Counted from the first letter of the stretch, positions 1 through 8,620 are shown. The stretch: DNA of 35,782 bases from an uncultured Erysipelotrichaceae bacterium (GCA_964449005.1 CAYUXU010000001.1:1-35782), one strand, 5' to 3'. Numbers and translations: made by a program. Notes: a model not told the origin generated them from the letters alone.

Positions 1-412
1 ACTCATTAGTCTTACCTTTTTGATAGATCGAAGCATAGCATGATTTACTTACTTCTTCTAAAAAAACGTTCTTTAAAAAGTAATTATCAGCTGAACAAAT
101 ATAAGTATTTCTTATTTTATCTTGTACGTAATATAAAGAGGCATGGTTGTTTCGTGACGCAAACTCTGGATTTTCAATAATTGTTACTTGATATTTTTCT
201 TTTAAATAGTTAAACATTTCTTTTTTATAACCGACAACAATTGTAATATCAGAAATGTTAGCCGCAAGTAATTGCTTAATTTGTCGTTCGATTAAAACTT
301 CTCCTTTTACGATAAGAAGTCCTTTTGGAATTTCATATGAGATAGGAGCAAAGCGCGAAGATGTACCAGCTGCCATAATTACTGCATTAACTGTTTGATT
401 TGATTTTTTCAT
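1..412 (-). CDS. LicC-like nucleotidyltransferase (phospho-alcohol cytidylyltransferase family), N-terminal part only; the ORF runs off the left edge
   Basis: ATG at 412-410, 4 nt downstream of the stop of the 416..2164 gene. Hand translation gives MKKSNQTVNAVIMAAGTSSRFAPISYEIPKGLLIVKGEVLIERQIKQLL..., with the AAGxxxR...PK loop and overall pattern of LicC-type NTP transferases. The frame stays open to position 1. Confidence 0.65.
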   Translation of the reverse strand, partial: MKKSNQTVNAVIMAAGTSSRFAPISYEIPKGLLIVKGEVLIERQIKQLLAANISDITIVVGYKKEMFNYLKEKYQVTIIENPEFASRNNHASLYYVQDKIRNTYICSADNYFLKNVFLEEVSKSCYASIYQKGKTNE

Positions 413-415
413 TAT

Positions 416-2164
416 TTAAAGACCCACAAACTCAGACTTTAAAAGCTTATAAAAGTCTTTAGCGTAGCGGTATTGACGTAATGAATATTCCCCAAACTCA
501 ACCCCATAAGTTCTTTTATATTCACACCAATTACTCCAAAGCAAGCCACACATCGCAATATAAGCATAGATCTTGATCCGATTATCTTTACTACAGCCTT
601 CAATAAAATAAGCATCAATTAAGCTATCAACTTGTTTTTTATTATAAAGCGAATATATCGCAAACATGGCAATATCAAGATGTGGATCTTGCATCGCCGC
701 ATACTCCCAATCAATTAAATATATCCTATCATCGGCAAATATAAAATTGTCTGGAACTGCATCAATATGAGTTAAAACCCACTCTTTGGGGAATTGAGCA
801 ATTACTTTCTTTAGTTTCCAAATATTATTTTTGGTAGTTTGATAATCAAGAAAAATTGATTTCTCTCCTTGCCAAAGTTTTTCATAATATTCAATTTTTT
901 CAAAAACATCAAAACTATGATCAACTTGAAGTTTCATATTATGAAACTCGCGTAATTTAGCCATTACAGCTTTTACATCCGATTTTTTAAACGGATCTGA
1001 AACTCGAGCATTTTCAATAAACTTACTAATTTTAATACCCGATTTTGGATCGATATAAATTACTTCATCAGAAAGCTCAGCACTTTTAATAACTTGATAA
1101 ACTTGATATTCTTGAGAACGATTGATTAATTTTTCAGTACCTTCCCCAGGTAAGCGCATAATAAAGGTGTCTGCATTAACTTTAAATTTAAATGAATGAT
1201 TTGTCATACCTTGTTTTAAAAGGCTAATATTTAAGATATCACTAGTTGGAATCTTCATTTCCCGGGAAATAAGTTTCACGGTCTTAGAAAGAAGATTTTT
1301 CGATGAGTTATCTAACTCACGAAGTTGTTCATAAGTGTTTATTTCATAAACCGTTTCTGGCTTAGTGAGTTTACCATAAATTGGTTCACTATACTTAAAT
1401 GAAAATAAGGCCTTCTCCCAAAACTCATTATTATAATTTTCATTTCTTACAAGTTCATTTAACCTGAGTTTTAAGTCTATAACATTTTTACCCAAAAGAT
1501 AGGCAATCCCAAGCATCTTCTGCCCGAGTTTATTGCTTTTAATAGTTACTAGTTTTCTTTGACGATTTAATTTAATATTACTTTCAGCCTCAAGTTCCTC
1601 AGAAATTAAATACCAGGAGTAAAGTTCGTATTTTGAAAAAGGATTTTCTTTTGACCAAATATCACCTGGAATAATATAAGAATTTGATATTTTATCGCTA
1701 ACTAACTCTAATGAAGATAAATTATTTTTTGTAACATAGCTCGGATTATAAATTAATTCAACATTATATTTATCAATTAAAAACTCAAATTTATCTTTTT
1801 GAAAACCTACTACAATATAAATATTTGTCACGCCAACCGCATGGAGTTGTTTTAATAAACGTTCAATTAAAATCTCTCCATTAATTTCTAGCAGCGCCTT
1901 AGGCACTTCATTATTAATTGGAATCATTCTTAAGCCAAAACCAGCCGCTAAGATAATAGCACTATCAGGTCGCGACCTTCTTAAGAAGTCTTTAGCTTGT
2001 TTTGTTAAATGAAAGTCTGAAGCTAAATAACCTTTTTTAACTAATGATTTAATTGCTTCGTTAACTTTCCCTAAAGAAAAAGAAGTGGCCTCAGCGATGA
2101 AACGTTGGTTACTATAATCGACACTTGCTATTAGCTTTAAAACCTCTAATTCATATATATTCAT
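416..2164 (-). CDS. Three-domain fusion: N-terminal winged-HTH-like domain + LicC-like nucleotidyltransferase + LicA-type choline/ethanolamine kinase
   Basis: 582-aa ORF. Residues 1-65 look like a wHTH (LKLIA...QRFIAEATSFSLGKVNEAIKSLVKKGYL). AIILAAGFGLRMIPINNEVPKALLEINGEILIERL...YIVVGF matches the LicC N-terminus. The C-terminal half has the kinase catalytic loop LTHIDAVPDNFIF and the choline-kinase motif LIDWEYAAMQDPHLDIA. SD-like AGAAGAGG lies upstream of the ATG. Confidence 0.8.
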   Translation of the reverse strand: MNIYELEVLKLIASVDYSNQRFIAEATSFSLGKVNEAIKSLVKKGYLASDFHLTKQAKDFLRRSRPDSAIILAAGFGLRMIPINNEVPKALLEINGEILIERLLKQLHAVGVTNIYIVVGFQKDKFEFLIDKYNVELIYNPSYVTKNNLSSLELVSDKISNSYIIPGDIWSKENPFSKYELYSWYLISEELEAESNIKLNRQRKLVTIKSNKLGQKMLGIAYLLGKNVIDLKLRLNELVRNENYNNEFWEKALFSFKYSEPIYGKLTKPETVYEINTYEQLRELDNSSKNLLSKTVKLISREMKIPTSDILNISLLKQGMTNHSFKFKVNADTFIMRLPGEGTEKLINRSQEYQVYQVIKSAELSDEVIYIDPKSGIKISKFIENARVSDPFKKSDVKAVMAKLREFHNMKLQVDHSFDVFEKIEYYEKLWQGEKSIFLDYQTTKNNIWKLKKVIAQFPKEWVLTHIDAVPDNFIFADDRIYLIDWEYAAMQDPHLDIAMFAIYSLYNKKQVDSLIDAYFIEGCSKDNRIKIYAYIAMCGLLWSNWCEYKRTYGVEFGEYSLRQYRYAKDFYKLLKSEFVGL

Positions 2165-2267
2165 AGTGGCCTCTTCTGTTCATTAAGGATGTAAATTTAT
2201 AATCTATGAACACAATACCACCAATATTTTTCATTTACAATAGAAAAATAAAAAATCATAACGCTAG

Positions 2268-3116
2268 TTATGATTCTGGTTGACTGCTATTTAAATTTAC
2301 TGCTTTGGTATGTTTCGCAATTCGTTGGTTCGGCGGAACTGGCGTCATATAATTTTCACCATAAGTCGCAATTAAGAAAGCCTGATAATTAGCAGGAACC
2401 GGATATTTTCCATCTTCAAATGGAACCCGAATAATTGGATATAAATCATCATATTTTAAACGTGACTTAAAACTATCAAAAGTCCATGTTAGTGGTAAAT
2501 AAGCATCACTTGAATCTTGGTTTGCTTTACCATACCAATTGGCGTAATTATAAAGTAGCTTTTTTAAAGGTAAGGGATGAATTTTTAAATTCTCAAATAA
2601 GACAATTGGCAACATCAATAAGAAAGCAGCCGATTTATGAAAGAAATGAGTTAACTTATTTTCAGATATTTTTTCAAAAACAAAAACATCTAAAAATAAA
2701 CCATCTCCCTCACAACCATGGTTTAATAAGAAATTTCTTTCTTTGATATATGTGTTTTTAATTCGAAACTTCATGGCAGGCAAGGTGACGTTATAACGAG
2801 AATTTTTCTCAAAACAATGATAATAGAAATTATCCCCAATCTCGTGATCAAGCACCGTTAGTAATTTTTTATAATTCTTTCGATCGAGTAAAACATCTAA
2901 ATCATCATCCCAAGGAATAAAGCCTTGATGACGAATTGCCCCCAACATACTACCAAATGCTAAAATATAATCAATCTCATGTTCCACGCAGATTCGATCA
3001 AATTCTCTTAAAATTTCCATTAGCTTAATTTGAATGTCACGCACATAAATCGTTTCGCCGTTTGCCTTTTTAACCGCGATATATTGTTGCTGATTCTGAT
3101 TTTCTCTATTTAGCAT
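2268..3116 (-). CDS. licD: LicD-family phosphotransferase (phosphocholine transferase family)
   Basis: 282-aa ORF with the LicD signature AFGSMLGAIRHQGFIPWDDDLDVLL. Its ATG (3116-3114) overlaps the last codons of rsmI (stop 3112-3110). Confidence 0.85.
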   Translation of the reverse strand: MLNRENQNQQQYIAVKKANGETIYVRDIQIKLMEILREFDRICVEHEIDYILAFGSMLGAIRHQGFIPWDDDLDVLLDRKNYKKLLTVLDHEIGDNFYYHCFEKNSRYNVTLPAMKFRIKNTYIKERNFLLNHGCEGDGLFLDVFVFEKISENKLTHFFHKSAAFLLMLPIVLFENLKIHPLPLKKLLYNYANWYGKANQDSSDAYLPLTWTFDSFKSRLKYDDLYPIIRVPFEDGKYPVPANYQAFLIATYGENYMTPVPPNQRIAKHTKAVNLNSSQPES

Positions 3117-3958
3117 ATTTCATGTAATTCCTGATAAATCTGATTTTTGGAAATTTTTAATTCTTTACTGATTTTACGAATAGCTTCACTTTTCGTTAAG
3201 CCTTGTGCCATCTCTTCTTCAACTAAGCTTCTAATATCATCCATAACTAATAAATACTCTTCTTGAAGGTGACCGGCAATAACTAACACAATCTCACCTT
3301 TTATTTCATCTATCTCAGCCAAAACTTCTGAAATATTACCGCGCATAAATTCTTCATGAAGTTTAGTAATCTCACGAGCTAAACACATTTGGCGATTACC
3401 AAAGACATCATAAATATGTTGCAAGGTTTTTTTCACGCGATGTGGTGCTTCATAAATAACCAACGTCTCTGGATATAAAAGATAACGTTCTAATTGCCTT
3501 TGACGAATCGAAAACTTTTGGTTTAAAAATCCGACAAAAACATATTGTGTAGTATTTAAACCAGAAGCTACTAAGGCATTAATCCCAGCATGAGCTCCTG
3601 AAATTGGAACCACATTATAACCCGCTTGAACTACCATCGAAACTAAGATATTACCTGGATCAGAAATCAAAGGATAACCGGCATCGCTAACTAAAGCCAC
3701 ATTTTTTCCTTGATTCAGTAAATCAACAATCCCTTGACTACTTGCCATCTCATTAAATTTATGATGAGCAATCATTCTGGTTTCAATCGAAAAATAGGCT
3801 AAGAGTTTCCCAGTTTGTCTAGTATCCTCAGCGGCAATAATATCAACCTCTTTTAAGATTTCAATTGCTCTTGGTGTCATCTCAGATAAATTACCAATTG
3901 GAGTTGCCACCAAATAAAGTGTTGCTTGTTTATTATTGAAACTACTTTGTCTTTTCAT
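3110..3958 (-). CDS. rsmI: 16S rRNA (cytidine1402-2'-O)-methyltransferase
   Basis: 282 aa. LYLVATPIGNLSEMTPRAIEILKEVDIIAAEDTR and the tetrapyrrole-methylase fold pattern are typical of RsmI. It sits downstream of ricT/holB/tmk as in Bacillus, with an ATGA overlap with ricT. Confidence 0.9.
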   Translation of the reverse strand: MKRQSSFNNKQATLYLVATPIGNLSEMTPRAIEILKEVDIIAAEDTRQTGKLLAYFSIETRMIAHHKFNEMASSQGIVDLLNQGKNVALVSDAGYPLISDPGNILVSMVVQAGYNVVPISGAHAGINALVASGLNTTQYVFVGFLNQKFSIRQRQLERYLLYPETLVIYEAPHRVKKTLQHIYDVFGNRQMCLAREITKLHEEFMRGNISEVLAEIDEIKGEIVLVIAGHLQEEYLLVMDDIRSLVEEEMAQGLTKSEAIRKISKELKISKNQIYQELHEIC

Positions 3959-4779
3959 TTTTTTTGATTCCGATAGTCTTCAAAAGCTGTCTCAAAAGGA
4001 AGAATTAAAATTTCATCTTTGTTTTCTAAACGTGCTTCTTGAGTTAAGACATTAATATTAGTAACTTTATAACGTTTCCCTTGAAAGTGAATTTGACTAT
4101 TAATCTTTGGGGTTTCTACCTTTAAAATACTATACAACTCATTTTCATAAGCTAAACAGCACATTAACTTACCACATTGCCCAGAAAGTTTTTGAACATT
4201 TAAAGCCATCATTTGATTTTTGGCCATATTAATCGAAATAACTCCAAATTCTTCTTTGAATTTTGAACAACATGTTTCCATACCGCAAGTTCCAATACCA
4301 CCGACAATCTTGGCCTTATCACGGGGTCCAACTTGTCTAAGTTCAATCCGACATTTTAAAGCGGCAGCTAATTCTTTTAATAGTTCCCTAAAATCAACTC
4401 TAACTTCTGAAATATAAACAAATAAAATCTTACTCCGATCTAAGGTGTATTCTGCACTAATCAAGTTCATATCTAAATTTAGCTTAGCAATCAAATTTTC
4501 ACATATTTCACGAGCCTCGGCAGCTAAACGGCTATTTTCAGCTTGGGTTGCTAAATCAAATTCATCAGCAACTCGAATAATTGGTTTTAATGGTGCATCA
4601 AAACGGGTCCCATCAATTAAAACTGGCGGTCCAATTACCTCACCAATCTCAAGACCACGGGTTGTTTCCACTACAACTTGGCTATTTACTTCTAAAGCAT
4701 CATCATATAAACCAAAGTAATATGGTTTTTTACTTTGCAGAAATTTTACTGGCACATAATAATTAAACATTTCTGACAT
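3955..4779 (-). CDS. ricT: PSP1-domain protein RicT/YaaT
   Basis: 274 aa with a Cys-rich PSP1 core (GTCGMETCCSKF...SGQCGKLMCCLAYE). AGGAGG lies 9 nt upstream of the ATG at 4779. Conserved position after holB. Confidence 0.85.
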   Translation of the reverse strand: MSEMFNYYVPVKFLQSKKPYYFGLYDDALEVNSQVVVETTRGLEIGEVIGPPVLIDGTRFDAPLKPIIRVADEFDLATQAENSRLAAEAREICENLIAKLNLDMNLISAEYTLDRSKILFVYISEVRVDFRELLKELAAALKCRIELRQVGPRDKAKIVGGIGTCGMETCCSKFKEEFGVISINMAKNQMMALNVQKLSGQCGKLMCCLAYENELYSILKVETPKINSQIHFQGKRYKVTNINVLTQEARLENKDEILILPFETAFEDYRNQKK

Positions 4780-5761
4780 CGGTACTTACCTCCTGTATTT
4801 GATAAACAAATTGATCAATTAATAATGCAAGGTTATTATATGGATTTAACTTGCGCTTTTGCCTTAGGACGATGGCGAGATATTTTGAAACATCACGTAA
4901 CTGATATTTAACTATCATATCACTCCACCATTTATTGCCATTTTCTTGTCCTAAAATACAATCTTGGAAAAAGATAATTAAGATTTCAAAGAAATATTTA
5001 ACGATTTGGTCATCTAAAGCTTTGTTTTTTGACTTAAATAAAGTTAATTGAACTTCAAACAAAGCTTCATAGGGATTTATTAAATACTTTTCTAAAAACT
5101 GAATCGCTCCAGCTTTCGCAATTAAATAAGGGTCGCTTTCAACTATTTCTAGACTTTGATTACTATCTTTAATTAACTTACTTAGTAAATATGCATCTAA
5201 ATCATTTAAACCAGCTTTTAAGTTACTTTGATAAAACACTTCAAAATTAGTTGGTAAGAAAGTTAAAACTTGACAGCGTGAGACAATCGTAGGTATAACT
5301 AAATTTTCATCCATCGCAATTAAAATGCCAGTAACGGTTTGACTAATCGGATCTTCCAGAAATTTTAATAAGCTATTTAAAGCTTCAATTGTAGAATTTT
5401 CAACATAATTGATAATATAAATCTTTTGGTTAGCAACTTCTAATGCTGTTTGATTAAAACTATGCTGGAGATTTAAAATCGTTTCTTTTTTTATAGAACT
5501 ATCTTTTCCATTTAAGAAAATAAAATCACCGTAATTAAATTGTTCAATCCTGTGACATGTCTCGCAATTTTCACAAGCCCACCCAGTATCATTTTTATTA
5601 GGACAAACTAAACTTTGGGCTAATAAAATTGCGGTCTTCTCTTTAACAACCGGATCACTACCGACAAAAAGATAAGCATGAGCTAAACGTTTGTTAAGCA
5701 AAGCTTGCTTTAAGACACGGTGAATAATTGGTTGTTTAGCTGCTAATTCATTTTGAAACAT
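4763..5761 (-). CDS. holB: DNA polymerase III subunit delta-prime
   Basis: RLAHAYLFVG..., the Zn module CENCETCHRI and SRCQVL are typical clamp-loader delta-prime features. The ORF track starts at a GTG at 5788. I prefer the ATG at 5761 (MFQNELAAKQ...), which gives the usual distance to the AHAYLF motif. The start is uncertain. Confidence 0.85.
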   Translation of the reverse strand: MFQNELAAKQPIIHRVLKQALLNKRLAHAYLFVGSDPVVKEKTAILLAQSLVCPNKNDTGWACENCETCHRIEQFNYGDFIFLNGKDSSIKKETILNLQHSFNQTALEVANQKIYIINYVENSTIEALNSLLKFLEDPISQTVTGILIAMDENLVIPTIVSRCQVLTFLPTNFEVFYQSNLKAGLNDLDAYLLSKLIKDSNQSLEIVESDPYLIAKAGAIQFLEKYLINPYEALFEVQLTLFKSKNKALDDQIVKYFFEILIIFFQDCILGQENGNKWWSDMIVKYQLRDVSKYLAIVLRQKRKLNPYNNLALLIDQFVYQIQEVSTDVRNV

Positions 5762-6401
5762 CTTTATCAATCCACTCAATAATTCCACTTGTTATTTCAG
5801 TTACTAGCTCATCAATCGTTTTCATTCCATCGAAAACTAAGAAACGCTCAGGAAACATCTTTAAGATTTCTTGATAGCCAGTTACTACTTTTTTATGAAA
5901 GTCGCTACTTTCTTGATCTAAGCGGTCGAGGTTAGTGCGATTTTTGATTCGAGCTAAACCAGCTTCTGCCGTCACTTCAAGAAAAATTGTTAAGTCAGGG
6001 AAAAAATCTTCAATCGCAAATTTATTAATTTCAAGAATATCGTCAATCGCAATCCCACGGGCAAACCCTTGATAAGCCAGTGAACTATCAACAAAGCGAT
6101 CGCAAATTACAATTTTACCATTAGATAAAGCTGGCCAAATAATATCGACTAAATGTTGGCGACGACTGGCGGCATAAAGTAACGCCTCAGTTTTATAATC
6201 CATCGCTACATTTTCTAAATCTAAAATAACGTTCCGGATTTGTTCGGCAATTTCACTACCGCCTGGTTCCCGCGTATATACTACCTGATATCCGGCTGTG
6301 ACTAAACTTTGATAAACTCCTTGACTGACTGAAGTTTTCCCACTCCCATCAGCCCCCTCAAAAGTCACAAATATTCCTTTTTCCCTTGCTAGTTCCTTCA
6401 T
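5748..6401 (-). CDS. tmk: Thymidylate kinase
   Basis: 217 aa with P-loop FVTFEGADGSGKTS, and CDRFVDSSLAYQG, typical of Tmk. Confidence 0.93.
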   Translation of the reverse strand: MKELAREKGIFVTFEGADGSGKTSVSQGVYQSLVTAGYQVVYTREPGGSEIAEQIRNVILDLENVAMDYKTEALLYAASRRQHLVDIIWPALSNGKIVICDRFVDSSLAYQGFARGIAIDDILEINKFAIEDFFPDLTIFLEVTAEAGLARIKNRTNLDRLDQESSDFHKKVVTGYQEILKMFPERFLVFDGMKTIDELVTEITSGIIEWIDKDVSK

Positions 6402-6407
6402 AATTTG

Positions 6408-6416
6408 ATTATATCA
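6408..6416 (-). promoter_or_regulatory. Extended -10 element TGaTATAAT immediately upstream of tmk
   Basis: The minus strand reads TGATATAAT-CAAATT-ATG. Only 6 nt separate the -10 hexamer from the tmk start codon, and there is no SD. Confidence 0.45.
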
Positions 6417-6463
6417 TTAATTAATACTTATTTAATACAGTCTTATTGTTTCACGTGAAACAT

Positions 6464-7174
6464 TTATTGACCATCTTTCCTAACTTTTTGGTATTCCTTG
6501 ATTTGACGTTGATAAACTTTCAACATTGTTGCTTCAAATGGTAATTCTACCTCACGATGCGCTAATTCTTGAAGATATTGTTTTGTGAAAATTGGGTTTA
6601 AAAGTAAAAGCGGTCCAACGATTTGAGTCGCAATAAGATTTTTGTATTTAAAGCCTTCTAGTTTAGAATTTTTGTTTAAACCTATCCCCTTTTCAACTTT
6701 AGCGAAATAATTATCTTGATTATTACCATATAGCATCCCAAACTGAGTCTTATGACCAATTATTTTGATGCCTTGATAGTCAACTAACATCATGGCGTTA
6801 TAACGCTTAAAATAATCTAATTGACTATAAAAATCAAAAATAGCGAGACCAGCTTTCTCATCGCCTGGCTCATAAATAATTTTTGCACCTAAGATATCGA
6901 CGGCATTACCAACGAATAAAAAGAAATGGCCTGCCTCTATCTGGCCTTTAATAATTCCTTTATATGGTAAGAGTTTCTCAATAATTTTCTTTTGATTGTT
7001 TTCTGACATTGGGCCTAAATAAACTAGATCAACCGGAGAACTAACAAAATAGGGAGTGTCATTTAACTTGGTATATATAAACTCAGCCTCAGGGAAAGTT
7101 AATTCCAAATATTTAATAGTGCCGTTTTCCCCAAATAAGGCCGCTACTTCTGAATAAAGAAATTCAATTTTCAC
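6464..7174 (-). CDS. GatD-like (CobQ-type glutamine amidotransferase-like) protein lacking the nucleophile cysteine
   Basis: 236 aa. GTG start at 7174 directly follows the murT-like TAG stop and is preceded by AAGGAGGTG. It is collinear with GatD (LFGENG...; DLVYLGPMSE; LAIFDFYSQ; YKNLIAT..GP), but the protein contains no Cys. Confidence 0.7.
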   Translation of the reverse strand: MKIEFLYSEVAALFGENGTIKYLELTFPEAEFIYTKLNDTPYFVSSPVDLVYLGPMSENNQKKIIEKLLPYKGIIKGQIEAGHFFLFVGNAVDILGAKIIYEPGDEKAGLAIFDFYSQLDYFKRYNAMMLVDYQGIKIIGHKTQFGMLYGNNQDNYFAKVEKGIGLNKNSKLEGFKYKNLIATQIVGPLLLLNPIFTKQYLQELAHREVELPFEATMLKVYQRQIKEYQKVRKDGQ

Positions 7175-8563
7175 CTAAACCACCTCCTTAAACATTTCTA
7201 AAATCTTATTTTGGAGTTGTTTTGATTCCGGAATATTAGTGGTGTCATATAAAATTACGACGGTTTTTAGGTTCGCAATATCTAATAACTTAATCGTATC
7301 CATTTGATTACTCGCTTCAAAAAGCTTGCTTTTATCAATCCCAGCTAATTCAAAGCGGAGCTGATACTCAGCAGTTCTTTTGCCCCCGATAATTATTTGT
7401 TTAATATTGGGTTGATTTAAATATTCAAAGTCAGCGTCATAGAGCCAACTTAGATTTTCGATTTCCATTGGTCTTTCTTTTAACCAATAATCTTCATTAA
7501 CGAAAATAACCGCAGTAGCTTGATAGTCATCTAAATTATGCCGTATATAATCTAAAGTTCGGGAAGTTCCAACCGGATTTTGCCCCTTTGCAAGGAGGCG
7601 TACTACTTTATAATCTTGATATGAAACTGTCTCGAAGCGAGTGGCAGTAATTTCTAGATTTTTAAAAGCAGCGATTAACGTTTGATGGGTCAAACCTAAT
7701 TGCCTTAAAGTAGTGATGGCAGTTACTGAATTATAAATATCGGTAATATTATTGCCAATTAATCGATAATTAAACTTCTCACCTTTTTCTTCCACAGTAA
7801 TTAATTGTGCTTCGTAATCTACTGCTGTCACTACTAAGTCAGCAGCGAGATTTTTAAAATCGCAATTATCGCAATGAACTTTACCAATGTGATGATATCT
7901 TACAAAATCATAAATTAAGACATGATCACACTTTGGGCAATAATATAAATCATTAATAATACTATCTCTGCGCTCAGTTTCCCCCGGTAAGGGCGCAACC
8001 GAAAAAACAAATTTTTGATTGTCTCTTCCAATAAAAGAACTAATAGTATCTGCACTATTAACGATTAGGGTAGTTTCTTCTGGTAAATATTTATCAATTA
8101 AATCCCTAATATATTCATAATGAGCATTTCTTCGATAAGAATCACGAAAAAGATTAGTAATAACTAAATAATCCGGTTTCAAATAAGGAAAGATCCGAAT
8201 TGAGGCCCTTTCGTCAATTTCGAAAACTCCGTAAGGTTTTAAGTTACTCCCATTAAGTTTTGTTGAGCTAAGTAAGGTAACGACTATTCCTTCAACAATA
8301 TTACTACCATAACTATTACTAACAAACGAGATATTTTCATTTTTTAGAATGTCTCCAATTAAATTGGTGACGGTGGTTTTACCATTAGTACCAGTCACCC
8401 CAATTAAAATATCAGGTTTTTCTAAATACTTTAAAATATTTGGACAAATTTTCAAAGCTACAACGCCGGGAAAATGAGTGGCGTTACGCCCTAAAAGCAG
8501 CAAGAGACGGCGGCTAATCCGCGCTAAAACATTTGCGATATAGAAATTAATTGGTTTTCTCAT
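7175..8563 (-). CDS. MurT-like Mur-ligase family protein (lipid II isoglutaminyl synthase ligase-subunit family)
   Basis: 462 aa with P-loop GVTGTNGKTTV, the four-Cys ribbon CPKCDHVLIYDFVRYHHIGKVHCDNCDF and a C-terminal DUF1727-type motif LSWLYDADFE. SD AAAAGGAG lies upstream. Confidence 0.8.
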   Translation of the reverse strand: MRKPINFYIANVLARISRRLLLLLGRNATHFPGVVALKICPNILKYLEKPDILIGVTGTNGKTTVTNLIGDILKNENISFVSNSYGSNIVEGIVVTLLSSTKLNGSNLKPYGVFEIDERASIRIFPYLKPDYLVITNLFRDSYRRNAHYEYIRDLIDKYLPEETTLIVNSADTISSFIGRDNQKFVFSVAPLPGETERRDSIINDLYYCPKCDHVLIYDFVRYHHIGKVHCDNCDFKNLAADLVVTAVDYEAQLITVEEKGEKFNYRLIGNNITDIYNSVTAITTLRQLGLTHQTLIAAFKNLEITATRFETVSYQDYKVVRLLAKGQNPVGTSRTLDYIRHNLDDYQATAVIFVNEDYWLKERPMEIENLSWLYDADFEYLNQPNIKQIIIGGKRTAEYQLRFELAGIDKSKLFEASNQMDTIKLLDIANLKTVVILYDTTNIPESKQLQNKILEMFKEVV

Positions 8564-8620
8564 AGCTGGCTCCTTTTATTGCTTTATTTTAACATAGGAA
8601 ACCTTTTTCTTCTATTAAAT

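Noticed and set aside
2486-2746. Antisense shadow ORFs inside well-supported genes (2486-2746, 4220-4417, 4445-4720, 4581-4766, 13686-13868, 14019-14294, 14856-15167, 16771-16959, 17724-17909, 20439-20702, 23621-23851, 33399-33590)
   Set aside because: Each is fully embedded antisense in a gene with clear family motifs. They lack SD sequences and have low-complexity, atypical composition. Such ORFs are expected by chance in AT-rich coding DNA.
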